Source: Candidatus Zixiibacteriota bacterium (lineage in GTDB: Bacteria > RBG-13-66-14 > B26-G2 > WVWN01). Taken from it: a stretch of 35,195 nucleotides of DNA. Location of the stretch: contig JASFLY010000027.1 in the NCBI GenBank assembly GCA_050117845.1, positions 1-35,195 on the forward strand. The letters run 5' to 3'. The first letter of the stretch is position 1, and each line of letters opens with the position of its first letter. The notes under the pieces were generated by a model. The model was not told the DNA's origin. It saw only the letters and a program-made list of their open reading frames with translations, and searched no databases. The position numbers and the translations under genes are program-made. Shown here piece after piece: positions 1-8,815 of the stretch.

Positions 1-732
1 GTACAGCGCCCTTACGCCTCCGAAGGACGCGGGCGTTACGGCCGGGTCGCTGCTAATATTTACCTTGTATATCGTACCGGCGCCGTCCTTATTCGTCGCC
101 CACAGGTACTCGCCGTCGAAGTCGAGGCCCCACGGTTCCCCCGCCGGGAAGGTATAGGTCGCCAGCAGCGAACCGGCGGTGGTTAGGCGGTACAGCTTGG
201 CCGTATTATATTCGGCGGTCCACAAATATTCGCCGTCGTACGCCGCGCCCGTCGGCCGCCAGGCGGTGTCGAACGACCCGACGAGCGAACCCGCCGTGGT
301 CACCCAACCCATATTGCTGTAGTAGGAAGTCAACCAAAGGTGCGAGCCGTCCCAGGCCACACCCACGGTGCGGTTGAGCGGAGACTTCCAGGACGACAGA
401 ACCGACCCGGCATCGTCGGCTTGATATAAGTAGTATTCGAGGGAGGAATTAAGCGCGTCGTACCACAAATACGACCCGTCGTATGCGCACGCCAGGAGGC
501 CGCTGGTCTCGACCCGGAACGACGACAGCACGGAACCGGTACCCGGGTCGCATTTATAAAGGCTTTCCTTGCCGGCCTCGTCGCACGATACCCACACGTA
601 CGAGCCGTCATGCGCTACGCCGTAGGGAATAAGGCCCGGTGAAGGCCACGACTCGACGATCGCCAGGTCGGCGAACGCCGCGGCCGCCAGCGCCCCGGCC
701 GCGAACATTATAATCGTTTTTCGCAATTTCAT
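1..732 (-). CDS. Secreted beta-propeller protein (five DGxYLW repeats; Vgb/glutaminyl-cyclase-like fold); 3' end runs off the window
   Basis: Translated by hand and not in the ORF track. SD AGGAGG lies just upstream of ATG 732. The frame is open to base 1 (244 codons): MKLRKTIIMFAAGALAAAAFA (signal peptide), then HDGSYVW, YDGSYLW, WDGSHLW, YDGEYLW, FDGEYLW, ending AVTPASFGGVRALY. Confidence 0.85.
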   Translation of the reverse strand, partial: MKLRKTIIMFAAGALAAAAFADLAIVESWPSPGLIPYGVAHDGSYVWVSCDEAGKESLYKCDPGTGSVLSSFRVETSGLLACAYDGSYLWYDALNSSLEYYLYQADDAGSVLSSWKSPLNRTVGVAWDGSHLWLTSYYSNMGWVTTAGSLVGSFDTAWRPTGAAYDGEYLWTAEYNTAKLYRLTTAGSLLATYTFPAGEPWGLDFDGEYLWATNKDGAGTIYKVNISSDPAVTPASFGGVRALY

Positions 733-827
733 CTCCTCCTGACTACCAGTACGATTATAGTTATATCTCCCCTATACGAAATAGATTTCCCCCGGACGCC
801 GTTCTCCCTCGCAGCCCTTTTCGCTTA

Positions 828-1691
828 CTACTCGTCGGGCGACATCTTGAGAAGGTCGAGGAAGGACCGTACCGTTTTCAGTTTACGTTCGGAGAGGGCG
901 TAGAGCCGGGAGGAGTAAAGCGCGGTGGCGGCGTGGCCGGCCAGGAGGTCGAAGAGTTTGAAGTCGATGGACGTGAACCCGTCTTTCTGGCGCAGGAGCC
1001 GGTAGATGGATATGACGCCGATGAGCCGGTCGCCGATTTTCACCGGGATGCAGGCGATGGGCTCCCCGGCCTTCTCGGCGTTCCGCTGCTTGGCCTCGTC
1101 CGTTAAGAAGTAGGATTCGCCCAGCGCGGCCACCTTGCCCTGCAGCCCCTCCCCGACGATTATGGAGCGCGCCTCCTTCTCGGAGAGGCCCTCGTGCGCC
1201 ACGCATTCCAGACGCTCGGTCTCCTCGTCGAAGACGAACACGCCCAGCTTCTCCGCGCCTATAAGATTAATCACAATCTCGACGACGATGCGCACGACCT
1301 CGGCGAAGTCCAGCGTGGAGTGGAGCTGGTACGACGCCACGTAGAGGTTGGCCAGGCTCGTATTCTGTTCCTCGATGTCGACGTACTTTTTCGCGAAATC
1401 GATGTTTTCCGTTTTTATGGCGTTGAGTTCCCCCGCCAGCTTCCGGTACCGCTCGCGCAATTCATTGTAGTTGGCGGCGAGTACGCCGAATTTCTTCTTC
1501 AGTTCGGCATCGCCGTCGGGCGCGCCTTCGCCCTCGCCCGGGCTCTCGCCGACCTGGGCCTTCAGGTGCGCGATGGCCGCTCGGAGATCGGCGTTCTCCC
1601 TGAGCAGCTGTTCGGTGAACGCCTTGCCCTGCTCGAAGACATGGATAAGGTATTCGCCCTGTTCGCTCCGTTCGTGCTCTTCCTTCGTCAT
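828..1691 (-). CDS. Coiled-coil + GAF domain protein
   Basis: The N-terminal half has a heptad-rich helical pattern. The C-terminal half has GAF hallmarks (ACIPVKIGDRLIGVISIY, FTSIDFKLFDLLAGHAATAL). No enzymatic output domain is visible. Confidence 0.85.
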   Translation of the reverse strand: MTKEEHERSEQGEYLIHVFEQGKAFTEQLLRENADLRAAIAHLKAQVGESPGEGEGAPDGDAELKKKFGVLAANYNELRERYRKLAGELNAIKTENIDFAKKYVDIEEQNTSLANLYVASYQLHSTLDFAEVVRIVVEIVINLIGAEKLGVFVFDEETERLECVAHEGLSEKEARSIIVGEGLQGKVAALGESYFLTDEAKQRNAEKAGEPIACIPVKIGDRLIGVISIYRLLRQKDGFTSIDFKLFDLLAGHAATALYSSRLYALSERKLKTVRSFLDLLKMSPDE

Positions 1692-1728
1692 GATAATCAG
1701 CCGCCGTCGCGGCGCGCCCCGGCCCGGG

Positions 1729-2103
1729 TTAAGCCAATAAACGGTTGATTTTATCCAACAGCTCCAATTTCCTCACGGGCTTGAATACGTAATCGTCGCA
1801 GCCGGCGTCCAGACACTTCTCGAGGTTTTCGGCTTCGCTGCGCGCCGTCACAACCACGACCGGGATGTCCTTCAGCTCCGGGTCGCCCTTGATTATGCGG
1901 CACGCCTCGACGCCGTCCATGACCGGCATGAACACGTCCATCAGTATCAAGTCCGGCCTTTCCCCGCGAGCCCGCTCCACGGCTTCCGCGCCGTTCTTGG
2001 CCGTCAGGAATTCGAACCCCTGCCCGGCCAACAGCGTCTTCAGGAAAAGGAGTATGGTATCCGTATCGTCGACGAGGAGGATTTTTTTCAACTGCTGTAC
2101 CAT
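1729..2103 (-). CDS. Single-domain response regulator (CheY-like receiver)
   Basis: 124 aa; ILLVDD, DLILMDVFMP (phospho-Asp), VVTA and KP motifs. Confidence 0.93.
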   Translation of the reverse strand: MVQQLKKILLVDDTDTILLFLKTLLAGQGFEFLTAKNGAEAVERARGERPDLILMDVFMPVMDGVEACRIIKGDPELKDIPVVVVTARSEAENLEKCLDAGCDDYVFKPVRKLELLDKINRLLA

Positions 2104-2130
2104 AACCGATCTAGCCCTCCGTCCGCGCCT

Positions 2131-3183
2131 CTACTTCCCCAGTGAGCTTATCTCGGCGGACAGGTCTTCGAGGGGGAGAATTTTGTCTACCACGCCGGCC
2201 GAGACCGCCTCGCCCGGCATTCCGTAAATTACCGCGCTCGCTTCGTCCTGAACCAGGGCCGTGCCGCCGGACCGCTTAACTTCGCCCAGGCCCTCGACGC
2301 CGTCCTTGCCCATACCGGTGAGCAGGACGCCGATGCAACGCGACCCCCACGCCCGCGCCGCGGCCGAGAAAAGGCGATCGATGGACGGTTTGTGCCCCCG
2401 CTCGGGAGCGCCGTCATCCAGGCCGACGCGGCCGTCGCCGTCTATTACCATGTGATAGCCGTCGGGGGCGAAGTAGGCCGTGCCGCCTTCCGGCTTCTCT
2501 CCGGCCTCCGCTATCTTGACGTTCAGCGGCGAGGACTGATTAAGCCACTCGGCCAACCCGCCGACGAAGCCCGGGGCGATGTGCTGAACCACGAGCACCG
2601 GCGCCGGAAACTTCTCGGGCAATCCTGACAGCACCTTCTCGAGCGCGGCCGGCCCGCCGGTCGAACTGCCGATGACGACGACGCGGCCCGCCTCCCGGCC
2701 CCGCAGCACCGCCTTGGGCAAACGCGACGTGCGCTTGAGCCGCTCCTCGGACATCCGCCGAACGACCTTGACCTCGCTCATCGCCTTCACGGCCCGGACC
2801 AGGCGACCCCGGACCGTCTCGTAGTCCTTGTGGCCCACGCCCTTGGGCTTCTCGATTATCTCGAGGGCGCCCGCCCGCAGCGCCTCGAAGGTGATGTTCA
2901 TGTCCTGGACGTTGACGCTCGCGCTCACCACCACGATGGGAGTGGGAGCCACTTCCATGATTTTGCGGGTGGCCGCGAGGCCGTCCATCCGGGGCATACG
3001 GACGTCCATCGTGATGAGGTCGGGTCGGAGCTTTTTGGTCAACTCGACGGCTTCGGCCCCGTCGCCCGCGACGCCCACTATTTCTATTTCCGGATCCGAA
3101 CTAAGCACGGCCTCCAAAACGCGGGCCACGACGGCCGAATCTTCGGCGATAAGCACTCGAATAGGTTTGTTCAATTCTTCCAT
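2131..3183 (-). CDS. cheB: Chemotaxis protein-glutamate methylesterase (REC + CheB)
   Basis: N-terminal receiver (DLITMDVRMP); catalytic motifs GSSTGGP, VQHI and LTGMGKDG. Confidence 0.95.
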   Translation of the reverse strand: MEELNKPIRVLIAEDSAVVARVLEAVLSSDPEIEIVGVAGDGAEAVELTKKLRPDLITMDVRMPRMDGLAATRKIMEVAPTPIVVVSASVNVQDMNITFEALRAGALEIIEKPKGVGHKDYETVRGRLVRAVKAMSEVKVVRRMSEERLKRTSRLPKAVLRGREAGRVVVIGSSTGGPAALEKVLSGLPEKFPAPVLVVQHIAPGFVGGLAEWLNQSSPLNVKIAEAGEKPEGGTAYFAPDGYHMVIDGDGRVGLDDGAPERGHKPSIDRLFSAAARAWGSRCIGVLLTGMGKDGVEGLGEVKRSGGTALVQDEASAVIYGMPGEAVSAGVVDKILPLEDLSAEISSLGK

Positions 3184-3198
3184 GGGCCGCTATTCCTT

Positions 3199-5481
3199 TT
3201 AGATGAATTGCTCCACGACCGCCAAAAGTTCCCGCTGGTCGAACGCGCTCTTCTTGATGTAGGCGTCGGCTCCGGCGTCGAGGCCGCGGGCCACGTCCCG
3301 TTCGGTGTCGAGGGAGGTTACTATGACTACCGGCAACTCCCGATGTTCGGTGGAGGAACGGATGCGCCGCGTTAATTCGTAACCGTCCATCCGGGGCATC
3401 TGTACGTCCACGACCGCGAGGTCGCAGGTTTCCCGCCCCAGGACCTCCAAAGCCTCCTCCCCATCCGTGGCGACGACGACCTGATACCCCGCCGCCTCCA
3501 ATATGTTCTTTTCGAGTACGCGAGTAGTTAACGAATCGTCGACCACGAGCACGGTGCGCTTCGCCACTACGGGCTCGGGCGCCGCGGCGGGCCGGAATAC
3601 TATTTCCCCTTTTACGATTTCCTGAATGAGCGCGTCGGCGTTGAGTATGAGAATAACCTCGCCGTCCCCCGTAACGTGGGCCGCGCCGAAGTACGGCAGG
3701 AGGGGCGCCGCCGGCCCGAGGTCCTTGGTCAAAAACTCGCCCTCGCCCCTGACCTCGGAGACGACAAGCGCGGCCTCCCCCGACGGCGACGTCAATATCA
3801 ACACCGTGGGCCGGCTGCCGAAACCCGACTCTCCCCCCAGGTCCAGGACGCGCGAAAGGTCCCCCGCGGCGAGAACGCGGCCCTGGTAACGAAGGGCCGT
3901 CTTGCCCTCTATCGTCTCGAAATCCGAACTCGCTATCAACTCGACCCGGCGTATCGCGCTCGACGGGACGATGAACTTATCCCCCGAAGCCTCGACGAGC
4001 ATCCCCCGGGCCGTCGCTATCGTGAGCGGAATTTGAATCGTGAAGCGGGTCCCGATGCCCGTTTCCGACCAGACGTCGAAGGTACCGCCGAGGGCGGCCA
4101 CGTTGGTCGCGACGATGTCGAGACCCACGCCCCGGCCGCTGACCTGGTCGGCCTCCGGCAAGGTCGATATCCCCGGCTCGAAAATAAGGCGGGCGGCCTC
4201 GTCGGAAGTCAGAGCCTCCGCGGCCTCGCCGTGGATGGAGCCGCTGCGAAGCGCGGCCTCCTTGACCCGTTCCACGTCGATTCCCCGGCCGTCGTCCTCC
4301 ACCTCGATGAGGAGGCGGGAACCGATTCGCGTACTGGAAATTAGAACGCGGCCGTCCGGCGTCTTGCCCGCCGCCTTCCGCGTTTCCTCGTCCTCGATGC
4401 CGTGGTGCACGGCGTTGCGGAGGATGTGGATAAGCGGGTCCTTTATCAGCTCGATAACCGTTTTATCCAGCTCGTTCTCCTCGCCCACTATCTCCAGCCG
4501 TACGTTCTTGCCCAGCCGCACCGCGAGGTCCCGCACCGGCCGCCGGAGGGAACGGAAGAGCTCCCGGAGCGGCGCCATCCGCAGGCGGCCCAACTCGTCG
4601 CCGAAACTCCCCAGATCCAGCTCGAAGCGCTGGCCGGCGGCGCCGAAGTCGAAATCGAGCACGCGCATATCGCGGTCCACGGCCGCCAGGCCGGCCGTTG
4701 CCCGTTCCACCTGGTGGAACAGGCCGGCCGCGTCACCCTGACGCCGGTACAGCTCGAGCGCGTCGTCGAGCATTTTGGCGGCGACCCGCGTCGCCGCGGC
4801 CACCCGGTCCAGCCGGGCGAGGAACTCGTCGTTGCGGAACTTCTCCTCCCAGACCTCGGAGAAGCCGTCTATTACGGCGTCGAGTTTGTCCACGGCCAGG
4901 CGGACCGTGTCCTCGGCCTTGCGCCGGAACGTCGTGCCGCCGTTGCGGGTTTCGGCCTCCACCGGCGTCTCCGCTTCCGGCGCCGGCGCGGCCTCCTTCC
5001 CGGCGGGCTTGCCGGAGCCTTTATCCTTGTCGGGAGCGGGGCTCTTCTTCTTCGCGGCCCGCCGTTTCTTCTTCGGGCCTCCGTCGAGCACGGCCCGGAC
5101 CCGGGCCGCCATCTTCCGCGCGCCGGCCTCGTCGAGTTCGGCCTCGGGCGCCGCGTTGTCCAGAATATCGCCGATGGCGTCCAGGGCTGCCAGTATCTCG
5201 TCGGCCACGGCCGCGTCGTATTCCAGCTCACCGCGCCGGAGCGCGCCGAAGACGTCCTCCATCGCGTGCGCTATCTCGGCCAGGTCGTCGACGCCGAGCG
5301 TACTGGCCGACCCCTTGAGGCTGTGCGCCGCCCGGAAGAGCTCCTCCTGGCCGTCGTCGCCGAGTTCGCCCTTCTCCCACGCCAGGAGAAGGTCGGTAAC
5401 GCGGGAGACGTGCTCGCGCCCTTCCACCCGGAAGAGGGCGAATATCTCGCGCATCGCTTCCTGGGGGTCGACGCTACTCAA
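3199..5481 (-). CDS. cheA: Hybrid CheA kinase (Hpt-dimerisation-HATPase-CheW-REC; WspE/FrzE-like)
   Basis: FRAAHSLKG Hpt; HILRNAVHHG N-box; EDDGRG; SGRGVGLD; CheW-like domain; C-terminal receiver DVQMP. The start is placed at TTG 5481, overlapping the MCP stop. ATG 5454 and the ORF-track start 5526 are alternatives. Confidence 0.93.
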   Translation of the reverse strand: MSSVDPQEAMREIFALFRVEGREHVSRVTDLLLAWEKGELGDDGQEELFRAAHSLKGSASTLGVDDLAEIAHAMEDVFGALRRGELEYDAAVADEILAALDAIGDILDNAAPEAELDEAGARKMAARVRAVLDGGPKKKRRAAKKKSPAPDKDKGSGKPAGKEAAPAPEAETPVEAETRNGGTTFRRKAEDTVRLAVDKLDAVIDGFSEVWEEKFRNDEFLARLDRVAAATRVAAKMLDDALELYRRQGDAAGLFHQVERATAGLAAVDRDMRVLDFDFGAAGQRFELDLGSFGDELGRLRMAPLRELFRSLRRPVRDLAVRLGKNVRLEIVGEENELDKTVIELIKDPLIHILRNAVHHGIEDEETRKAAGKTPDGRVLISSTRIGSRLLIEVEDDGRGIDVERVKEAALRSGSIHGEAAEALTSDEAARLIFEPGISTLPEADQVSGRGVGLDIVATNVAALGGTFDVWSETGIGTRFTIQIPLTIATARGMLVEASGDKFIVPSSAIRRVELIASSDFETIEGKTALRYQGRVLAAGDLSRVLDLGGESGFGSRPTVLILTSPSGEAALVVSEVRGEGEFLTKDLGPAAPLLPYFGAAHVTGDGEVILILNADALIQEIVKGEIVFRPAAAPEPVVAKRTVLVVDDSLTTRVLEKNILEAAGYQVVVATDGEEALEVLGRETCDLAVVDVQMPRMDGYELTRRIRSSTEHRELPVVIVTSLDTERDVARGLDAGADAYIKKSAFDQRELLAVVEQFI

Positions 5482-6661
5482 CCGGCGTCTCGGCCTCCAA
5501 TCGGTAGCGGCCCGTAAGGCTCGCAAGGCGGGAACCCGACTCGCTCAGGCCCCGGGCCGCCTCCTCGATTTCCTTGACGCTCGTTACGCTCTCCGCCGCG
5601 ACCTGGTTGATGTTCTCCATGGCCAGCGCCACCTGCTCCATGCCGATGCTCTGCTGGTTCGACGAGGAGGCGATTTGCTTGGCGGAACGGTTGACCGTGG
5701 CCACGGCGTCGGTCAGGTTTTGCATGCGCTCCCGCAGCGTCCCGACTATCTCCTTGCCCCGGTCGACGCGCTTCGACGCCTCTTCGGCCACCATGACGGA
5801 CGTGTTGGCCGCGCTCTGGATTTCGTTGATTATTTCCTGGATTTGCGAAGCGGCGATTTTGGACTGGTCGGCGAGGTTCTTGACCTCCACCGCCACGACG
5901 CCGAATCCCTTGCCGGCCTCGCCGGCCCGGGCCGCCTCGATGGAAGCGTTCAAAGAGAGGATATTGGAACGTTCGGCGAGTTCCCGCACCGTGCGCAGGA
6001 TCTCGCTTATTTGCTGGGTCTTCTCGGAGAGGGTCAGGACGCTGACCGCGCTCTTCTCCACCTGGTCCGCGATGAGGTTGAACTCCTCGACCGTCTTCTC
6101 TACGGAGGCTTCGCCGTCGGTGCAGAACTCGGCCGAATCGTCCGATACCCGGACTATCTCCTGGGCACGGCCCGCCGCCTGTTCGCTCGTCTGCTTGACT
6201 TCCGTAACGGTCGTGCTGGTCTCGCTGATCGACGAGGCCTGCTCGCTCGCGCCGGCGCTCTGCTGGACGATGGACGCGAGGATCTCGTTGGTGCCTTTAT
6301 TGATGTCGAGGCCCGCCTGTTTGACGCCGGCCAGGAGTTCCCGGATACCCGCGGCCAAAGCGTCGATGGCGCGGTAGAGTTCCCCCATCTCGTCCTGCGT
6401 CACGGGGCCGGGTTCGAAGGTCAGCGTGCCCCCGGCGATTTCCTCCAGGACGTCGGTCACTTCCTTCAACGGCCCGAGGTAACGGCGGTCCACCCACCAC
6501 AGTATGGCCCCGGCGCCCAGGACGATAAAGCCGGCGAGGGCCCCCACGATAAGCCACGACCCCGTAACCCGGGCCAGGATCGCCAATCCCAACGATATTA
6601 CGACGTAGACGAGAGATATCGCGAACAACTGCCACCGAAGAGTTAATCGCGGCGAAGCCAT
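5474..6661 (-). CDS. Methyl-accepting chemotaxis protein (2 TM, HAMP, WspA-like signalling domain)
   Basis: Two hydrophobic helices, HAMP (PLKEV...DEMGELYRAI) and hairpin tip LSLNASIEAARAGEAGKGFGVVAVEV; SD AGGAG. Confidence 0.93.
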   Translation of the reverse strand: MASPRLTLRWQLFAISLVYVVISLGLAILARVTGSWLIVGALAGFIVLGAGAILWWVDRRYLGPLKEVTDVLEEIAGGTLTFEPGPVTQDEMGELYRAIDALAAGIRELLAGVKQAGLDINKGTNEILASIVQQSAGASEQASSISETSTTVTEVKQTSEQAAGRAQEIVRVSDDSAEFCTDGEASVEKTVEEFNLIADQVEKSAVSVLTLSEKTQQISEILRTVRELAERSNILSLNASIEAARAGEAGKGFGVVAVEVKNLADQSKIAASQIQEIINEIQSAANTSVMVAEEASKRVDRGKEIVGTLRERMQNLTDAVATVNRSAKQIASSSNQQSIGMEQVALAMENINQVAAESVTSVKEIEEAARGLSESGSRLASLTGRYRLEAETPVE

Positions 6662-6712
6662 AATTCTCCTTTGGTCCCGGTTTCGTACGAGGCCGGTATT
6701 GCGTTAAATCCG

Positions 6713-6742
6713 ATTATAATACCCTGTCTCCGCGACTGTCAA
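6713..6742 (-). promoter_or_regulatory. Sigma70-type promoter of the chemosensory operon
   Basis: Minus strand TTGACA (6742-6737), 18 nt, TATAAT (6718-6713); both hexamers are perfect consensus. Confidence 0.75.
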
Positions 6743-6753
6743 TAGTATATCAC

Positions 6754-8685
6754 TTACGGGCCGACGTAGCCGAGGCCGCGGAGCCGCTTCTTGCGGTCCT
6801 CGGGCAATTCCATGGCCTCGGAGGAACCCATCGCCCCGACCGCCGCGGCGTTGGCCGCGACGTACGACTCGAGTTCGCCGGTTAATTCGGCTTCGACGGG
6901 TTCGTTCCCGCCCGCCAGGTTTACCGTCGCCCCCGGGTCCTCGGATATGCGGTAAAGCTCCCGGGAAGCGGACGCCTCGTCCCTTATCAGCAGCCACCCG
7001 TCCCGCGCGACCGCCTTCCTCTCGCCGCCCCGCTGCAAGTACTCCGCGAAGACAGGCCGTCCCCCCTCGCCCTCGGGGAAACCACGGAGGAGGGAGCGGC
7101 CGTCGAGTTCCGCGGGAGGGGTAATCCCCAACGCGTCCAGTATCGTCGGCACGACGTCGACCTGCGTCACGTAACGGCCGGCGGCGCCGCGGGGAAACTC
7201 GCGCCCCGGGACGCGAGCCAGGAACACCATATTAATTAGTTCCGGGTACAGCGTATGGCCGTGGCCGTACGCGTCATGGTCGAAGAACTCCTCGCCGTGG
7301 TCGTTGATAACGAAGACCAGCGTATCCTCGGCGAGGCCCTCGTCTTCGAGCGCGTCCATTATCAGGCCGAACTGTTCGTCGACGTACGCGATTTCGCCGT
7401 CGTACAGCATTTCGAATTTCTTCACGTCCCGCCTCGCCATCGGCCACTCCCCGACGTCCCACCCGTTGGCCTGGAGGGTATCGAGCAAGTCGTATGCCGC
7501 GGCCGGCTGGATTCCGGGGTACGGCGGCACGTAGCCCCGGGGCGGCGTGTACGGATTGTGCGGGTCCATGAAGTGGCACCAAATGAAGAAAGGCCTGTCG
7601 GCGTCGCCCAGCCGCTTCAACGCCGCGATCGTTTCGTCGCCGTTGAACCGGGTGTCGTCGCGGCCCCGGCCGCGCCGGGCGTCGACCGCCATAATAGCCT
7701 TGTTCATCCATCCGTAAAGCAACGTACCGCGCAGCGGATAAAGCCAACGGGTATCCCCGTTCATCAGGTAGACGTCGAAGCCGTTCGCGTAACCGTACTC
7801 CGGATGCATGAAGACGTTCGTCACGTACGCCTCGGCGCTATACCCCTCGGCCCGGAGAACGTCGGCCAGCGTCGGGATGCCGGGGCGCAGTCGGTGGTGG
7901 GCGTCGACGCCGCACACCGCCGGATACCGGCCCGTGATGAAACTCGTGGTCGACGGCAGCGTCCACGGCGCGCAGGTATACGCCCGTTCGAACTTCGTCG
8001 CGGAGGCCGCGAACCGGTCGATATTGGGGGTCTTCACGAGGTCGTAGCCGTAACAGCCGAGGTGATCCCGCCGCAGCGCGTCGATAGATATCAACAGGAC
8101 GTTCATGCCGCGCTCCGGCGCCGGCGGCCGCGTCAACGCCGGGAGCGCGTACGCCCGGAAAAGCAGGAACACGTACAACAACGCGCCGCCGTAACCGGTT
8201 ACCGCCCATATCGTCCGGCGTACCCCCCGGCCCCCGGGGCCGATACGGCCGAAGAGCCGGCCTCCCACGCTTATCGCCAGCGCCAGCCACCCGGCCAACA
8301 CGACGATATCCACCGCCAGCATCGCCGGATGGGTTATCGTCAGGTTGAAGCGGCGGTTGGCGATTACCGCCACCGCCAATACGGGCGCGAACAGCACGCC
8401 TCCCGCCGCCGTAGCGACGGCTCCGGGCCGGCGACGCAGAAGCGCGCCCACGGCGCTCCCGATGCCGGCGGCGACCAGGGCCAGGACGACGAAAACCGCG
8501 CCGTAAATAACGAAAGAACGCAGGAAATATACGGAAACGGAGTAATCGGAATAATTCGCCCGTAACGCCAACACGCGCACGATAACGGTGTCCAACAGCG
8601 CGTAGGCCAGCGCGGCGACCGTAACGAACTGGACCGCCCCGAGGAACCGGGTAGGTTTCGGTTTTTCCTTTTTATTATCGCTCAT
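6754..8685 (-). CDS. Membrane-anchored sulfatase-like / alkaline-phosphatase-superfamily protein
   Basis: About five N-terminal TM segments; LLISIDALRRDHLGCYG, APWTLPS, HFMDPHNPY, YDGEIAYVD, NDHGEEF and a C-terminal LRGLGY. Confidence 0.88.
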   Translation of the reverse strand: MSDNKKEKPKPTRFLGAVQFVTVAALAYALLDTVIVRVLALRANYSDYSVSVYFLRSFVIYGAVFVVLALVAAGIGSAVGALLRRRPGAVATAAGGVLFAPVLAVAVIANRRFNLTITHPAMLAVDIVVLAGWLALAISVGGRLFGRIGPGGRGVRRTIWAVTGYGGALLYVFLLFRAYALPALTRPPAPERGMNVLLISIDALRRDHLGCYGYDLVKTPNIDRFAASATKFERAYTCAPWTLPSTTSFITGRYPAVCGVDAHHRLRPGIPTLADVLRAEGYSAEAYVTNVFMHPEYGYANGFDVYLMNGDTRWLYPLRGTLLYGWMNKAIMAVDARRGRGRDDTRFNGDETIAALKRLGDADRPFFIWCHFMDPHNPYTPPRGYVPPYPGIQPAAAYDLLDTLQANGWDVGEWPMARRDVKKFEMLYDGEIAYVDEQFGLIMDALEDEGLAEDTLVFVINDHGEEFFDHDAYGHGHTLYPELINMVFLARVPGREFPRGAAGRYVTQVDVVPTILDALGITPPAELDGRSLLRGFPEGEGGRPVFAEYLQRGGERKAVARDGWLLIRDEASASRELYRISEDPGATVNLAGGNEPVEAELTGELESYVAANAAAVGAMGSSEAMELPEDRKKRLRGLGYVGP

Positions 8686-8758
8686 TTAAATAACTTACCT
8701 CGTTCCCGGCCTTATCAATCTTCTTTACTGTCACGATAATATAATAACCGACCGCAAT

Positions 8759-8789
8759 AAAAAAGCCAAATGCGAATACGCATCGGCTT
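8759..8789 (-). terminator. Rho-independent terminator after the GT-C gene
   Basis: Minus strand AAGCC-GATGCG-TATT-CGCAT-TT-GGCTT followed by TTTT. Confidence 0.65.
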
Positions 8790-8815
8790 CACTTGACCCG
8801 CCGCGACCGCGACGC

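Noticed and set aside
330..611. 93-aa ORF from the track
   Set aside because: It is an out-of-frame shadow inside the real 732..1 propeller gene.
4402..6646. Long plus-strand ORFs (371 aa and 623 aa) opposite cheA/MCP, and similar antisense ORFs across the window (e.g. 7255-8565, 10713-11783, 23535-24677, 27116-28165, 32919-33947)
   Set aside because: These are antisense shadows of well-supported genes, expected in high-GC DNA, and carry no recognisable motifs.
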